64,000 nt of DNA, from the NCBI GenBank assembly GCA_051294375.1, contig CM119271.1:4976188-5040187 (forward strand). The letters are read 5' to 3'. The position numbers and the translations under genes are program-made. Position 1 is the stretch's first letter. Each line of letters begins with the position of its first letter. This document shows positions 40,272 through 53,300 of the stretch, piece by piece. Origin of the DNA: Paraspadella gotoi. Its lineage: Eukaryota > Animalia > Chaetognatha. The notes beneath the pieces are model-generated. The model searched no databases. It saw only the letters and a list, made by a program, of their open reading frames with translations, and had not been told where the DNA came from.

Positions 40272-41008
40272 TGTGGCAGCAAGACTTAAAAGCTGCCTCA
40301 CTGCTGTCCGTCCTCAGCCTCGTCTCAATGCTGAGCAGGCTTAAATCATCTCATTCCATCCGTGCGTCCCGGGTTCAATCCTGGGTATCCCGGTTTCTGC
40401 TTAAATGGTACGGATGCCGTATAAAACGCCCAGTGACAGGAGGCGGTCATGAGGTCCGCAGCCCCTACGCCAGTTGGTGAGATACTCGCGCCCGGTATCA
40501 ACAGGCTATCTCCGTTGCCATAATGTGGTGAGCCTACACTCTCGAACACGCCAACCGCTGCCGCACCTGTGCGCCCCCACGCCATTACGTCGTTAGGGTA
40601 TGCCATATGACGCCTATGCCTACTTCTGGTAACGCCTCCAGACTCGGCTCCTCGCTCGGCCCGCTCGCTCCTCACTATGGCAATGAGATCAAAACCTTCT
40701 CTCAGACATCTCCTCAGGATTGAGCCCCTGTGGGAGAAGTCTGGTGGGGGCATCCTCTGGCAGCAAGACTTAAGCTGCCTCATGCCTGTCCGGTCCTCAG
40801 CCTCGTCTCAATGGCTGAGCAGGCCAAATCATCTCATTCCATCCGGCCGTCCCGGGTCAATCCCGGTATCCCGCGTCTTGGCTAAATGTACGGTGCCGGT
40901 ATAAACATGCAGTGACAGGAGGCGGTCACTGAGGCGCCCCGCAGCCCCTACGCCAGTTGTGAGATACCTCGCGCCCCGGGTTATCACAGGCCATCCTCCG
41001 TTGCCGTA
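40272..41008 (+). mobile_element. TRIM-like non-autonomous mini LTR retroelement, family A
   Basis: Direct repeats 40272-40522 and 40756-41008 (TGTGGC...GTTGCCATA; second copy tctggc...gttgccgta). PBS-like TGGTGAGCC at 40526. Purine-rich tract gggagaagtctggtggggg before the 3' LTR. ~230 bp non-coding internal region. No clean TSD. Confidence 0.8.
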
Positions 41009-41338
41009 CTTGCCGTCTTTTTCCGTTAACGCCATATTTTATTTTTCAAAATTTTGGTCAAGGTTTAAAAAAAAAAAGAAAGGTAATAGTGACCACTCTC
41101 GCTCTCGAGGCGCTCATTGTACTCGCCCTTCATTTATTATATTCCAAAAATGTAATCATTTTTTCAATATTAGACTATTCAACTAAAATGCTTTGACAAT
41201 CAATGATGACCATTTTTTTTTTTGTTTCTTGAAAGCGGCCTTTTAATCGAAAAAAAAAAGTATCATCTCTAACAGAAGAAAATAAGCAAAAATATCAATT
41301 TATTTGTTTTGTATTTAAATTCAGAAGAAGAAAACAAA

Positions 41339-44300
41339 ATGGATTACAAGAATCTCGGCGAAGAAGATTTAGAGTTGATCGCTGAAGGGAAAACTAAGAA
41401 AATATTCTCCATCAAAAACGGATCGAAAAAAGTAAGTCTTTCCGGGGGTAAGTGCAGTGTTTGTGGAGCGGTGCTAATTTTTGGGACTTTTTGAAGATTC
41501 ATGACAAGTCGTGAATGAGGAGATTAATCATAATCTGCTTTTAAGTTAAAATTTGTTAAAGATTTAAAACAAATTTTTGTTTTGTTTTACAGCTAAAATT
41601 TAAAGCAATTTTAAGCGGCTTAGATCCATGACAAACTCGTGGCGATTCTGGAGTTGAATCAGTTCTGGAGGCTTATGAAAAAATGAAGCAGATGAAAAAA
41701 AAATTTAGTTTTTTTTACGGAAAAGCAAAATTAGGACCGTTACAGTAATGATCTTAAATATGCTGAATTTGTCAGATAAGATTAGTTTTTATAATTTTTA
41801 TTAAATTTTTTTAATATTATTATATTTTATTAAAAATTGTTATTATAATTTTATTATTTTTCTAAATTTTATTTATATTATTGAGTGATTTCTTTCGTTT
41901 TATTGTTTGCTAATAATAATTTATTGAGAAAAACTTGTTTTATTTTCCGATAATCCTCCAGAACGTATTCAACTCCAGGAAAGCTATCTCGAAGCCATTT
42001 TGTTTATCCATTTCAATTTCTTCGTCTGCGCCCCCTTTTCTCTCTCTCTCTCTCTCAGCCCGGCGGCGACGTCTTGGTTCGCTCCAAAGATAGAATCACC
42101 GCAGGCAATAATCAAAAGAGCGACGTCCTCGAGGGAAAGTCCGCCATTTCGAACGAAACCACCGCCAGGATCTTCGAGTTTTTGAAAGAATACGGAGGTG
42201 CGAGGGGAGCAGATTGGGGGGGGGTTGAGACTCGGAGATGGAGGGAGGAGAGAGATGGGGGACTAAGAAAGTTGGGAAGAAGAAATATATATTTTATTCG
42301 GGGTCAAACGGTTTTTTTAAAAACTTTGGAGGTAAGTTGGAGCAAGAAAAGCTTTACTTGGAGCAAATGGGGAATGTTTAAGAGTGCAATGGCTAAAGGA
42401 GATGAAATAGGAAGCGAATGCAGTTATCAATGCCAGGTGAAAAGTTAAGTTTGTAGGGATTCGTGACTTGGAGAAAAAACTGAAAGAAAGAACGAGAGAT
42501 GTCAGAGGAAAGCTAAAGAATTTGTTAGTATTGGATGAAAAAGTGAGTAGGAGAAAAAGAGAGAACGGGATCGAGAGAGAAAAGTAAACAAAGGCTAAAG
42601 AAAAAAAGAGAAAGTCTCGCCGCGGGAAACTCACGTCCAAATTCCTGGCGGTAAACACCCACGCGAGAGACCAACTACGGCGAGATTGAGAGCAAGAGAG
42701 TAGGATAGCGAGTGGGAGTTATCGAGTTGATAGCAAAATTGCGTTGTGAGATTATTCTTGTATAAAAAAGGAGCTTGACTTTATAATCCGGTGAAGTAAA
42801 AGTCGTGTTATATAAATTGAAATATAATATTCGAAAATAATAATCGTTTGTAATAAAACATTTCAATAATTTAATGTTTCAAAAAAAAAAAAAAATTGGG
42901 AAAAAAACTTTATTTTTAAGTTTTTAAGTTAAAATAAAAACATAATTATAAACATCGACGTTTCCTCTCTCCCCTTATCCGGTTTTCTTCAATCGATTGT
43001 CAGGCATTTCGACACATTTCATCTCTCGTTATGATTCAACTTCCTTCGTGGCCAAGAAATGTTCCATGATTCCCATCGAATGGGTGACGCGTCGCTTGGC
43101 AACCGGATCTTTCCTCAAGGTAAAGTTGGCTTGGATAAACGTTTTTGCCCTTTTATCGACAGGACGTTGAGAAAATTGAGTAAAATGAAAGGAAAAATTT
43201 TCGGTTTTACTCCCGTTTCAGATTTTTTGAAAGCAATAAATTTAAAAATATAAAATAATTGCACGTATGACAAAAAAAAAAAAAAAACCTTCCGTCGCCA
43301 TACCATTTAAATTTCTCACATTACTTACATTGTATTTTTAACAATCCCGTTTCCAGCGCAACCCCGGCGTGCCCGAAGGTTACACGTTCGCTCCTCCCAA
43401 GCTCGAGATATTTTTCAAGGACGACGACAACAACGACCCTCAGTGGTCGCTCGAACAACTCGAGGTATTTCTCTTGACATTTTTAATGGCGTTATCTTTC
43501 TTCTCTTTTCCTCTCCTTGCGTACAAATAAAGCTCAACCGCATTTCTCTCTGTGATACTGTTTTTCCTGAAAAAATTTTGCCGACTTGACGAACTTAAAC
43601 GTTTGACTCCGTATATAAGTTACCCCTCTGTCCTGTGCCATCTACCCCTTTCAACTAATTAAAATACCATATTCTCTCATAGGGCTATTCTAATTATTTC
43701 CTCAGTGATCTGTCATTTATTTTACCGATTCGTGGGAAAACTAATCTTAATTTAGGTGTCCGCCTGTCACTTCACGTTTCGCGCCTTCATCGTCTTCACT
43801 TTTAACCTTCCCTTAGCACCACACAAAAATAACAGAAATCACTGAGGCGAGGCTTCATTGAGTTATCTACTCTCATGCTGTCGTTTTTAAGGAATGAGAT
43901 GTCTCTTCTCATTATGGAGACACAAAAAAAAATTACAAGCCAAACACGTAGTGGAAAAAGGCATCTCCTTGGGCGAGGAATGCAAACTCATTTTACCCTC
44001 AATTGCAAAATAATGAAGATATTGGATGACATTCACAGACGACCAATATAAAAATTAATCACATCCAACAGCGTACATGATTAAGAACATTACGAGCGAT
44101 CTTGCGTCCCGTCACCTGTCTGGCACGAGGCTTTGTGGTTTAAGGCCTGCCCATTTCGTACTCTCTCACGAAGATTAATTACATGAGTCAGGTCCCTCTG
44201 TTCGTGCAAGCCTTTCAATCAAGACTACTCTCACAGTCCCGGGTAATTAATTATTTTCAACGTCCGGCGCAGATGGGAGTACGCTCATAGGGTGGGGTGG

Positions 44301-47300
44301 CTTTCCCACTGATCCAGAGTGAAGTAAGTAGAAGATAGTCATCCCATTCAAGATATGTTTCAATTGTATGAAAAAGGACGCACTCCCTTAAGTATTAGAA
44401 TCGGGGAATACTTATTGTAACTCCGCACTACGCATCAAAATAACAGAGGAGGTCTGACTATCTTTAAATGAAATTTGGTACAACCATAATTATACACATT
44501 CATATCTCATTCAATTTCATATGTATAAATAAATATCTTGCCCCTTTGAGCTGTGTGACAGGCTGTTGGTGGATTTAAGACTCCAGATAAATATCTCCTT
44601 AAACTTTAATTTGTAAATATTAATATAATATTCCCCCCTTGCCCACCCATGCATGGCTTTGCGGGCGTCAGCATAGAGCACGCTTGTCTCCCATTGGCCG
44701 AACATCCAGAAATACGAATCGAAATGATGTCAGCGAGACGATGACGTCATTCTTACGCCGTCGACGAATCCGAATATCATACTTCATGTTCGACGAGGTG
44801 TGACGTCGATCTACGCCCAGCGCCTCTTTCCAGGATCGTATCTGAAGAATGTGCGGACTGTGTCGACAAAAAGCTAGAGTGAACAAATCAAGGTCGCAAC
44901 TTGTGGCGCTGTGACCTGAAACGGTAAGTGCGCTAGTCTCCTCGAAATATGTTTGCCACTGCCTTCACTAGGAGTTAGGTGTTAACGAGCAGGAAATGGA
45001 ATGGGTAGGATATTCAGGGTAAGGATTAAAAAGGAGGACAATATGAAAACATTAATTTTAACGAAATTTACTAACAATGAACACGCCTACAGCTCTTGAC
45101 TAACCGCACTCTACTCCTCCCCTCTATAAGGTCCAAACTTTTTGCCATCAGGCTTTGTTAAAAAGCGTGCGGGAGAATACTCGCAGGATTTTTCTTCGGT
45201 GAGCATTATGGTAGTGGTACCAGGTACAGAAAACCACCAATCAAAGCCTTATCTATCAACCCGGAACATAATGAAGTACTCAAACAATAAAGCTGCCTCG
45301 TCATAAACATTGGGGACTAAAATCCACAACCGTTCATCCAAGCGGACCCCTTAAGGTCTAGCACGGAGGCCTGAATGTGTTTTCATTTACGCCATTCAAT
45401 AACACCAAAGGGATCCGCGGGTTCTCATGCCGGAGTGGAACACTGCCGGTTGGGCAGGTTTAATGTTTGGAGTAGGGGAACGCCCAGGTCGCTCCAGCAA
45501 CTTCAGACGTTGGTTATCTCTCTTCGGTGTCCCGTTAACATAGCCTGAAATTCCGAGACGGCTCAAGGGACTTGGGACAAATGTATTATTTGATCTACGT
45601 TCTTGCGGTTCCCCTGTCACTCAGAGTCACATACACAATAAAAATCCTCCTTTTCGCCTCAACACCTTACACGTATACATTAAGTGACTGCACGGCTTCT
45701 TCGGATGTCGGGCGGCGCGGCTCACTTTTCCATCGTGGGCCACTTTCTCTCACTTTCCTATCATGAAGCCCGACCAGCAAACTTCTCTACCAATTTACGA
45801 TCACAAAATGTTGCTTCTCGCGTTCCTTTTCCACCACCCCCCCCCCACTATGAAAGCCATAGTAAGGTGGACAGCAGCAAATATTCAAATCACCCGCATA
45901 TGCCCGTCGGGCCCTACCCCTATCTTCCTCGTACCACTACAAGCCATGAAGCCATAGTAAGGTGGAGAACAGACACGCAAAATATGTTCATACTTATGCG
46001 CGAACTTACAGCTTAAGGCGGAATTCCCTTGACACACCTCAAGAGACATTTGGTGACCCTGTTAACCACGAGCACACTATGAAGCACTATATGTAAGGTG
46101 GACAGCACGCACACATATTCTCAATGTACAGCACCTTGTCCAGGCTACCTCGTCACATAGAACAACTGACCGTTGTAACAAATCAATACTTACGCTTCGG
46201 AGAGCGCGATAGTGTACCGATGCGTGGAGCAGGCAGGACAGATATTCGCTACTGTACTCCCACGTACCTCGCTACGCGCCCCTCTACTGTCGTGGATTGT
46301 AAGGCGTACCACGAGAGCTAAGTAGACAAGGCCGATAAGTAACGGGTGGAACAGCAGGAAAATTTCAGACAGCCCCCTGGCGCGGACCTAGGGTAGGAAA
46401 GGAACACCGTTTTGTCGTTTCCTAGCGAGACCACGTCTGTAGCGATCTTGATGATAGCGTTCGTACTGAGTATAAGGTTGCGACTTGAGAAACGCAGAAA
46501 ATTTATACCAGCCTCGCTCAAAACCTTAACAAGTGGTTGTTTTCTCTTCATCCAAGGCTTTGGTAGAAGTAAGTGCGATTGTATTATACCACTACTTTTT
46601 TTAGTATTGGGTTTTTCTTGTAAACTAATAAGAAAAAAGCACATAACGTGACCCGTCATGAGTTAGTTGGGTTCGCAAGCTAGTCACAGAAAATTTCAAA
46701 ATATCAAGCCTCAGAATCTTATGCGTTTGTATACACTCTTTTGTTTCTCTGTAACCACCTACTATTGTCTAGTTAGAACGCGACATTTAGGCGTAAGGGT
46801 GAAGGGAGCACGCGAGCAAGAATTCCGCGCTATTATTGTTTCTTTCTATATGCTATTTTATAATGGAGCTTAGAGATCCATACTGTCGTACTAGCACACA
46901 TAAGGCGTCTCACGCAACAGAGCGACTCGCACATAATGTTTGTTTTGAATTTTATCGTATTAGCAAAAGCTTTATCCTTGACATTGTGTTTTGAATGAGA
47001 AAGTATGTGCAGTATATCAGGCATCATTTTTGCTTTGAAGTATCATTCAATTCTAATTAAATGGTTTTAATGTTTGACTTGCATATCTAATATAAATATT
47101 TCATTCTCTATATGATGTAAGTTTCCAAAATATTTTTTTTATTTTTCATTTCTTAAGTAATATATAATGACACAAGTATGAACTACATAATCCTTAGATA
47201 TATTTATATAAATACTCAAAAAGGTTTTTATAATGGGCAAAATACAGTCAGAAGAATAATTTTTATTTACAAACGTGTAAAATTTATTAAGAAGGATAAT

Positions 47301-50300
47301 TACAAAAAAAATATAAGACATGACGAATGAGAAAAGAAAATCAGTAAGCCAGGCGATTTTTATATTAACGTTTAACGAAATCAAAGATGAGATGTAATTT
47401 CTCGTTACGAACCTAAACTAAGTAATAAATTGGTGTCTCGTACGTTCTGTTTTTTATTGATCATGGTCGATTTTCTAAAAAATGATTAGTATTTCAAGGG
47501 AAACTGAACGACAGGGATTTATTTATTTAAAACTAGAAAAACGTAACAACATAAGGAGATATGTTTGTCTCTGATGGAAGAGCCCTTCTTTCAGCGCGAA
47601 AAAATATTGTTTTGTTTTAAAAAATAGTTTTTCATCAGAATTGCAAGAGAGAGAAGAGAAGAGAGAGAGAATGAGCAGAAGAGGGAAGTAGATAATTTTC
47701 AACAAAGAATTTATTTCACTAAAATCTTTACTTATCTATCTCTCTGAATTAAACCTATATTGTCACTAAAATCTTACTTAATCTATCCCTCTGAATTAAA
47801 CTTTATATTTCAAATTTCATTCATGTCAATTTTTCAAATTTCAAATATTAATTTATTGCAATGAGAACAGTAATTTATTGATAAGTGTTAGACAGAACGT
47901 CAATATAAGCAGTCCTGAGCTTCGGATCAGGAGGTAACACCATGTTACAGCGGATTAAGCGCCCCGTCCCTCTTAACTGCAGACGACCACGGGCTAGAAC
48001 CCCGGACCTTAGGGTTTGGGAGGCGAATGACTTGCCTCGGCACCAATGGCTGCTGATGAACGTTGGTGGTTTTTAGTCCACTATACAGATTTTGGTGTAT
48101 TAGACAGTACAAATCAAGTTGTATTAATTTTTATCTTTTTGTACAATGTCCATAATGTAATTAAGTTTATTCCTCTCTCCTCTCTCTCTCTCTCTCTTCT
48201 CAACCTTCACCAAATTTCATTTTTTTCACGCACTTATTCTATCTAGATCAACTAAATCTTGTCCCTCTAACTGACCACTTATCTCTCTCAATTCTTTTGT
48301 GGACAACTTTACCTTTTCTATCTCTCTCTCTCTCTCTTTCTTTAACTCACAAATTGTCCATTCATTTCACAACAGTCAAAAAGCGCTGATGGAACTCGAA
48401 AATCTTTGAGTCGAAACATGTCTGCAACCTTATATAATAATAAAATTGTTGTAACATCTCTCTATCGATATTGATATCGATATTGATTTCGGTGAGCTTC
48501 TTGTGAGTTAGTGTCCGACGTCGTCGGCGGCGGCGTCACGCATTTTTATAATAAACTACTACGCTTTATTAGTTTTGGCTGGACTTAACCGTTTTTTTTA
48601 AAATAAAACTATTATAATTACAATGAATGTTTATAGAAACTGTGCTATCATAGTAGCTTAAAATATTAGATATGGCTTCTCATCATGAAATAGCTCTGAA
48701 ATTTCATATTCTTTGGATTCAAGTATGTTTTTTGTTTGAAATTTCCACTTCATTATGATTTACACTGTGCAATATTGCAATTTAGATTATAGTACTGCAT
48801 TATATATCCCAAATTAGTAATATAAATTGCATAATCTAATTTAATATTGCAGTAAGTCACATATTGAGATGAAATTCAAAAAATTTTAATCTATAATAAA
48901 AATGGAAATCAATGAAGCCTTATATTAATTTTAATACAATAACACAATAAATTTTTTTACAGCTATGATTGGAAAAAATTGTAAAACAATGTGTAAGCAT
49001 TTTTTTTCCTTTACTTTTTATTTCTTTAATTAATATAAATTTTCTTCTTAATTTTTTGTAGATTGCTGCCTTTTTAAACCCTTTAAAAACAAGTTCAGCG
49101 CATCGCATGACTGATTACAGCGCGCTGCTTCCACGCATCTCTGTTCTGTTGTCTTTCTCATTTCTCTCTCTCTCTCTCTCTGTAGTCTCTTGCGAGATGT
49201 TTTTTTACAAATTTTGATTATTTTTTTCCTTTTAAAACTTTTAATTATCGCCATTTTTACCGCGATTTTTTTCTCAATGCAAAATCCCAAATTTACATCC
49301 GAGATTTTCTTGTTTATGTCACTTTCTTTCTCTCTTCTCTTTCAATCTCTTCTCTTCTAGCTCTCGGTTCTCTCTCTTTCACTCATACACGCGATTTGGG
49401 CTTGTTTATATTTATGTATGATTGATTGGCATTGAGTCAATGAATGACTATCATCGCATTCAATGTAAGTGACTATACATCTTACATAAAATGATTATCA
49501 TCACATCAATGAATGACTATATTGCAATCCCCTTTTGGTTATATCACAATCAATCATTTTGGTACTGCATAAAGGATCGATTATTTGGTTATCATCGCAT
49601 CAATTATTGGTTATCATCGCATCAATATTCCGGCTTATCATCGCTCAATCCTGTTAGGTGTCATGCCGGCACCAATATTTGGTTATCTTGTGAAGAGGAT
49701 GACTTCGATGTAAATCGTGCTATTTGATTAAGGTATTCCTTTTGTTCTCGCTCTCTCTCCTCCTCTCTCGTGTCTCTCTTTCTCGCTCTTATGGAGAGCA
49801 ACATTGAGTGCTTTTCTGCTCCAGAGTGCTTGATAGTTATCCGAAATCGGATTCTTACCGTCCGTGGCATGAGCTCTTCTCAATCTCTCGTTTTTTTTTT
49901 TTTTTTTCGAGATCTCTCTGCCTCAGATTCTCTCTCTTCTCGACTTCTCTCTTCTTTTCTCTCATGCTCGTCTTTCTTTTATTTTATTTTGTTCAAAGGT
50001 GTGCGTAGGCTGCTCTCTTATCTTTCTCCTATTGAGGCTGCGTCTCTTTCTGTCTCTCTCTCGGTCATCGCGATTTTCTCTCTCTCTTCTCTTCGTCTAG
50101 TCACGATCATCGCAATCGTATGACTTGATGTCTATTTACTCATTCGTCTTCATTCTCTAAACTGTATTTTTTATCTTTTTGGTTCAAGTGATCTCTCTCT
50201 CTATTAAACGATCGCCTCCGCAAACTCAGTATATATATATAATCCGGATTACGAAACTAGAGATATTAGCTTGCAGTTCATTTCTAACAAAAACGGCAAA

Positions 50301-53300
50301 AAGAACCCGCACGTGGCTCGACAGCCACGCCTTGAATTGCCTCTTTGAAGTTAAATTTTGACTGATCCGCTAATATCCACACGACAACTTAAAGCATGAA
50401 CTTAAGCGAAAAATTCTGGAGGCTCATTTCATTTCTAAATCATACTTTGCCCAACCTTAATGCCACTGGTATTGCAACTTTCATTCTACAAATTAATAAA
50501 AGAATAATATGTCAACAGAAACTTTAGCGAAAGAGTGTTGATTGATTATTAATATTAGTTTTTTGAATAAAATTGATTATTTTCTTCGATGGTTATAATT
50601 GATTGTGTAACTCCAAACAAGTAAATCAAAAATTCAATTTATGCATCGCAAAGATGCAGTGAGAAATAAATAATTCCGTACTAAGGACAAAAAACGAAAT
50701 AACGTTTAAGAATAGAGAATGGCATAGGAGTGTAAAGACAAGATATTTGTCAAAAAATCAATAGAATTGCTAAATCGTGAGTGGACATGTTTTTCCAACG
50801 GTGTGGATTGACTGTGCCCCCCGCCAATCCTTCGCTCGGCCAGCCCAAAAAGAGCGAAAAAGGTTTTCATCCGAGGTTTAAAGCCGAGATTTTCCGGGCA
50901 AGAATCGTTTAACGAGAGACGTAAAAACCCGGAAATCCCCGGCGCGACGCCGATTGCCGCCGGAAACGCCCGGTAAAAAAAAAAATGGCCGGAAATCGGT
51001 GGAGGCGCGGCCGCGAGGAGGATCGATTTCGTGACCGCGAGGGAGGGGGGGCGGGGGTGTAATACCGTGCGGGAAGTCAAATCAGTGGAGCGCCGAGTCA
51101 ATTGGGGTTATCGCCGCGTGGCGTTGTGGGCTTTGCGGATATGATTTTTCTGTATCAGTTGGAAAAAAAAAAAACAAAAGAGAAAAAGAAACGGGGGCAA
51201 AGGAGAAAATCTCGCGATCAAGCGAGGAAGCAATCAAGCAAGCGAGCAAGCAAGCGACCTGACGAGCTGCTTCCCGCACTGAAGACGCGCGGNNNNNNNN
51301 NNNNNNNNNNNNNNNNNCCCCTTCAAGGTAAACTTTTTGCATCAGTTTTTAAAAACGGCGGGAGAAATGAGATTTTTCTTTACATTCTGGAGGAAGTACG
51401 AACCCAATCACCTTCTATAGGACGAATGACTCAACAAAAAAGCGCCTCATATGGTGGACTAAATCCCCAACCGTTCATCAGCGGCCATTGGTGCAGGAGG
51501 CAAGTCATTCGCCTTCCAACCAAAGGTCCGGGTTCTATGCCGGTGGTCGCCTTGCAGTTAAGGAGGGACGGGTCGCTCAACCCGCCTGTAACCCGGCGTT
51601 ACAGCCTGATCCGAAGCTCAGGGACTGCTTATATTGACCGGTTCTGTCACTAACTCATAACAATTAATACCGTCTCTTCACTCACTTCATTAAGGACCCG
51701 CCCCGCCCCTTCTCCCTTTTTCACCCAACTTCCTCTCCCAATGAACGCTTTCGATCAAACCCCCCCGTCTTTCCCCCCCCCCGCCAATCCTTCGCTCGGC
51801 CAGCCCAAAAAGAGCGAAAAAGGTTTTCATCCGAGGTTAAAGCCGAGATTTTCCGGGCAAGAATCGTTTTACGAGAGACGTAAAAACCCGGAAATCCCCG
51901 GCGCGACGCCGATTGCCGCCGGAAACGCCCGGTAAAAAAAAAAATGGCCGGAAATCGGTGGAGGGCGGGCGCGAGGAGGATCGATTTCGTGACCGCGAGG
52001 GAGGGGGGGCGGGGGGTGTAATACCGTGCGGGAAGTCAAATCAGTGGAGCGCCGAGTCAATTGGGGTTATCGCCGCGTGGCGTTGTGGGCTTTTGCGGAT
52101 ATGATTTTCTCGTATCAGTTGGAAAAAAAAAAACAAAAGAGAAAAAGAAACGGGGGCAAAGGAGAAAATCTCGCGATCAAGCGAGGAACAATCAAGCAAG
52201 CGAGCAAGCAAGCGACCTTGACGAGCTGCTTCCCGCACTGAAGACGCGCGGCCTCGAGTTGTTCGAGCGACCACTGAGGGTCGTTGTTGTCGTCGTCCTT
52301 GAAAAATATCTCGAGCTTGGGAGGAGCGAACGTGTAACCTTCGGGCACGCCGGGGTTGCGCTGGAAACGGGATTGTTAAAAATACAATGTAAGTAATGTG
52401 AGAAATTTAAATGGTATGGCGACGGAGGTTTTCTTTTTTTTTTTGTCATACGTGCAATTATTTTATATTTTTAAATTTATTGCTTCAAAAAATCTGAAAC
52501 GGGAGTAAAACCGAAAATTTTCCCTTTCATTTTACTCATTTTCTCAACGTCCTGTCGATAAAAGGGCAAAAACGTTTATCCAAGCCAACTTTACTTGAGA
52601 AAGATCCGGTTGCCAAGCGAGCGTCAGCCCATTCGATGGAATCATGGAACATTTCTGGCCACGAAGGAAGTTGAATCATAACGAGAGATGAAATGTGTCG
52701 AAATGCCTGACAATCTGATTGAAAGAAACCGGATAAGGGGAGAGAGGAAACGTCGATGTTATAATTATGTTTTTTATTTAATTTAAACTTAAAAATAAAG
52801 TTTTTTTCCCAATTTTTTTTTTTTTTGAAAGCATTAAATTATTGAAATGTTTTATTACAAACGATTATTATTTCGAATATTATATTTCAATTTATATAAC
52901 ACGACTTTTACTTCACCGGATTACTAAAGTTCAAGTGTGGCGTATATTTCACACCCGCCTCACCTCCACCATCCGTCAAGCCAAATCCATTGGTCAGAGG
53001 GGGAACACACCATCAGGCGTAGTGTTCCATCCACAGTCCTAACGACTTCTCCTCTGCGCTGTTGGCAAAGCGCGAGACCGTCCTAGGGGTAACCGCGCCA
53101 TGACCTGGAGGCTGTCACTGAGTGTCGGAAAGCCCCCAAAGCCAACAGTGAGATCCCCCATCCAATGGGCATCACAGGCAACTCCCCACGGGCTGTTGCC
53201 ATAAGTGGTGAGCCCCTACTATCGAACACGCACCTTCTCAGGGTTACGCTCTACGACAAACGCCTATGCCCTGCCGATCTTCGGGTTACGCTACGACCAA

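Noticed and set aside
44650-44915. Ancient PAICS pseudogene
   Set aside because: Differences are insertion-dominated and include flanking introns colinearly; better explained as an unpolished read within the inverted block.
48030-48090. Hammerhead ribozyme (CTGATGA) or HDV-like GGCGAAT in the SINE-like repeat
   Set aside because: No GAAA core after stem II and no HDV pseudoknot could be built; the motifs are the antisense of the tRNA-like head.
45845-49690. CRISPR-like repeat/spacer arrays
   Set aside because: Eukaryotic context; repeats are degenerate minisatellites without unique constant-length spacers or cas genes.
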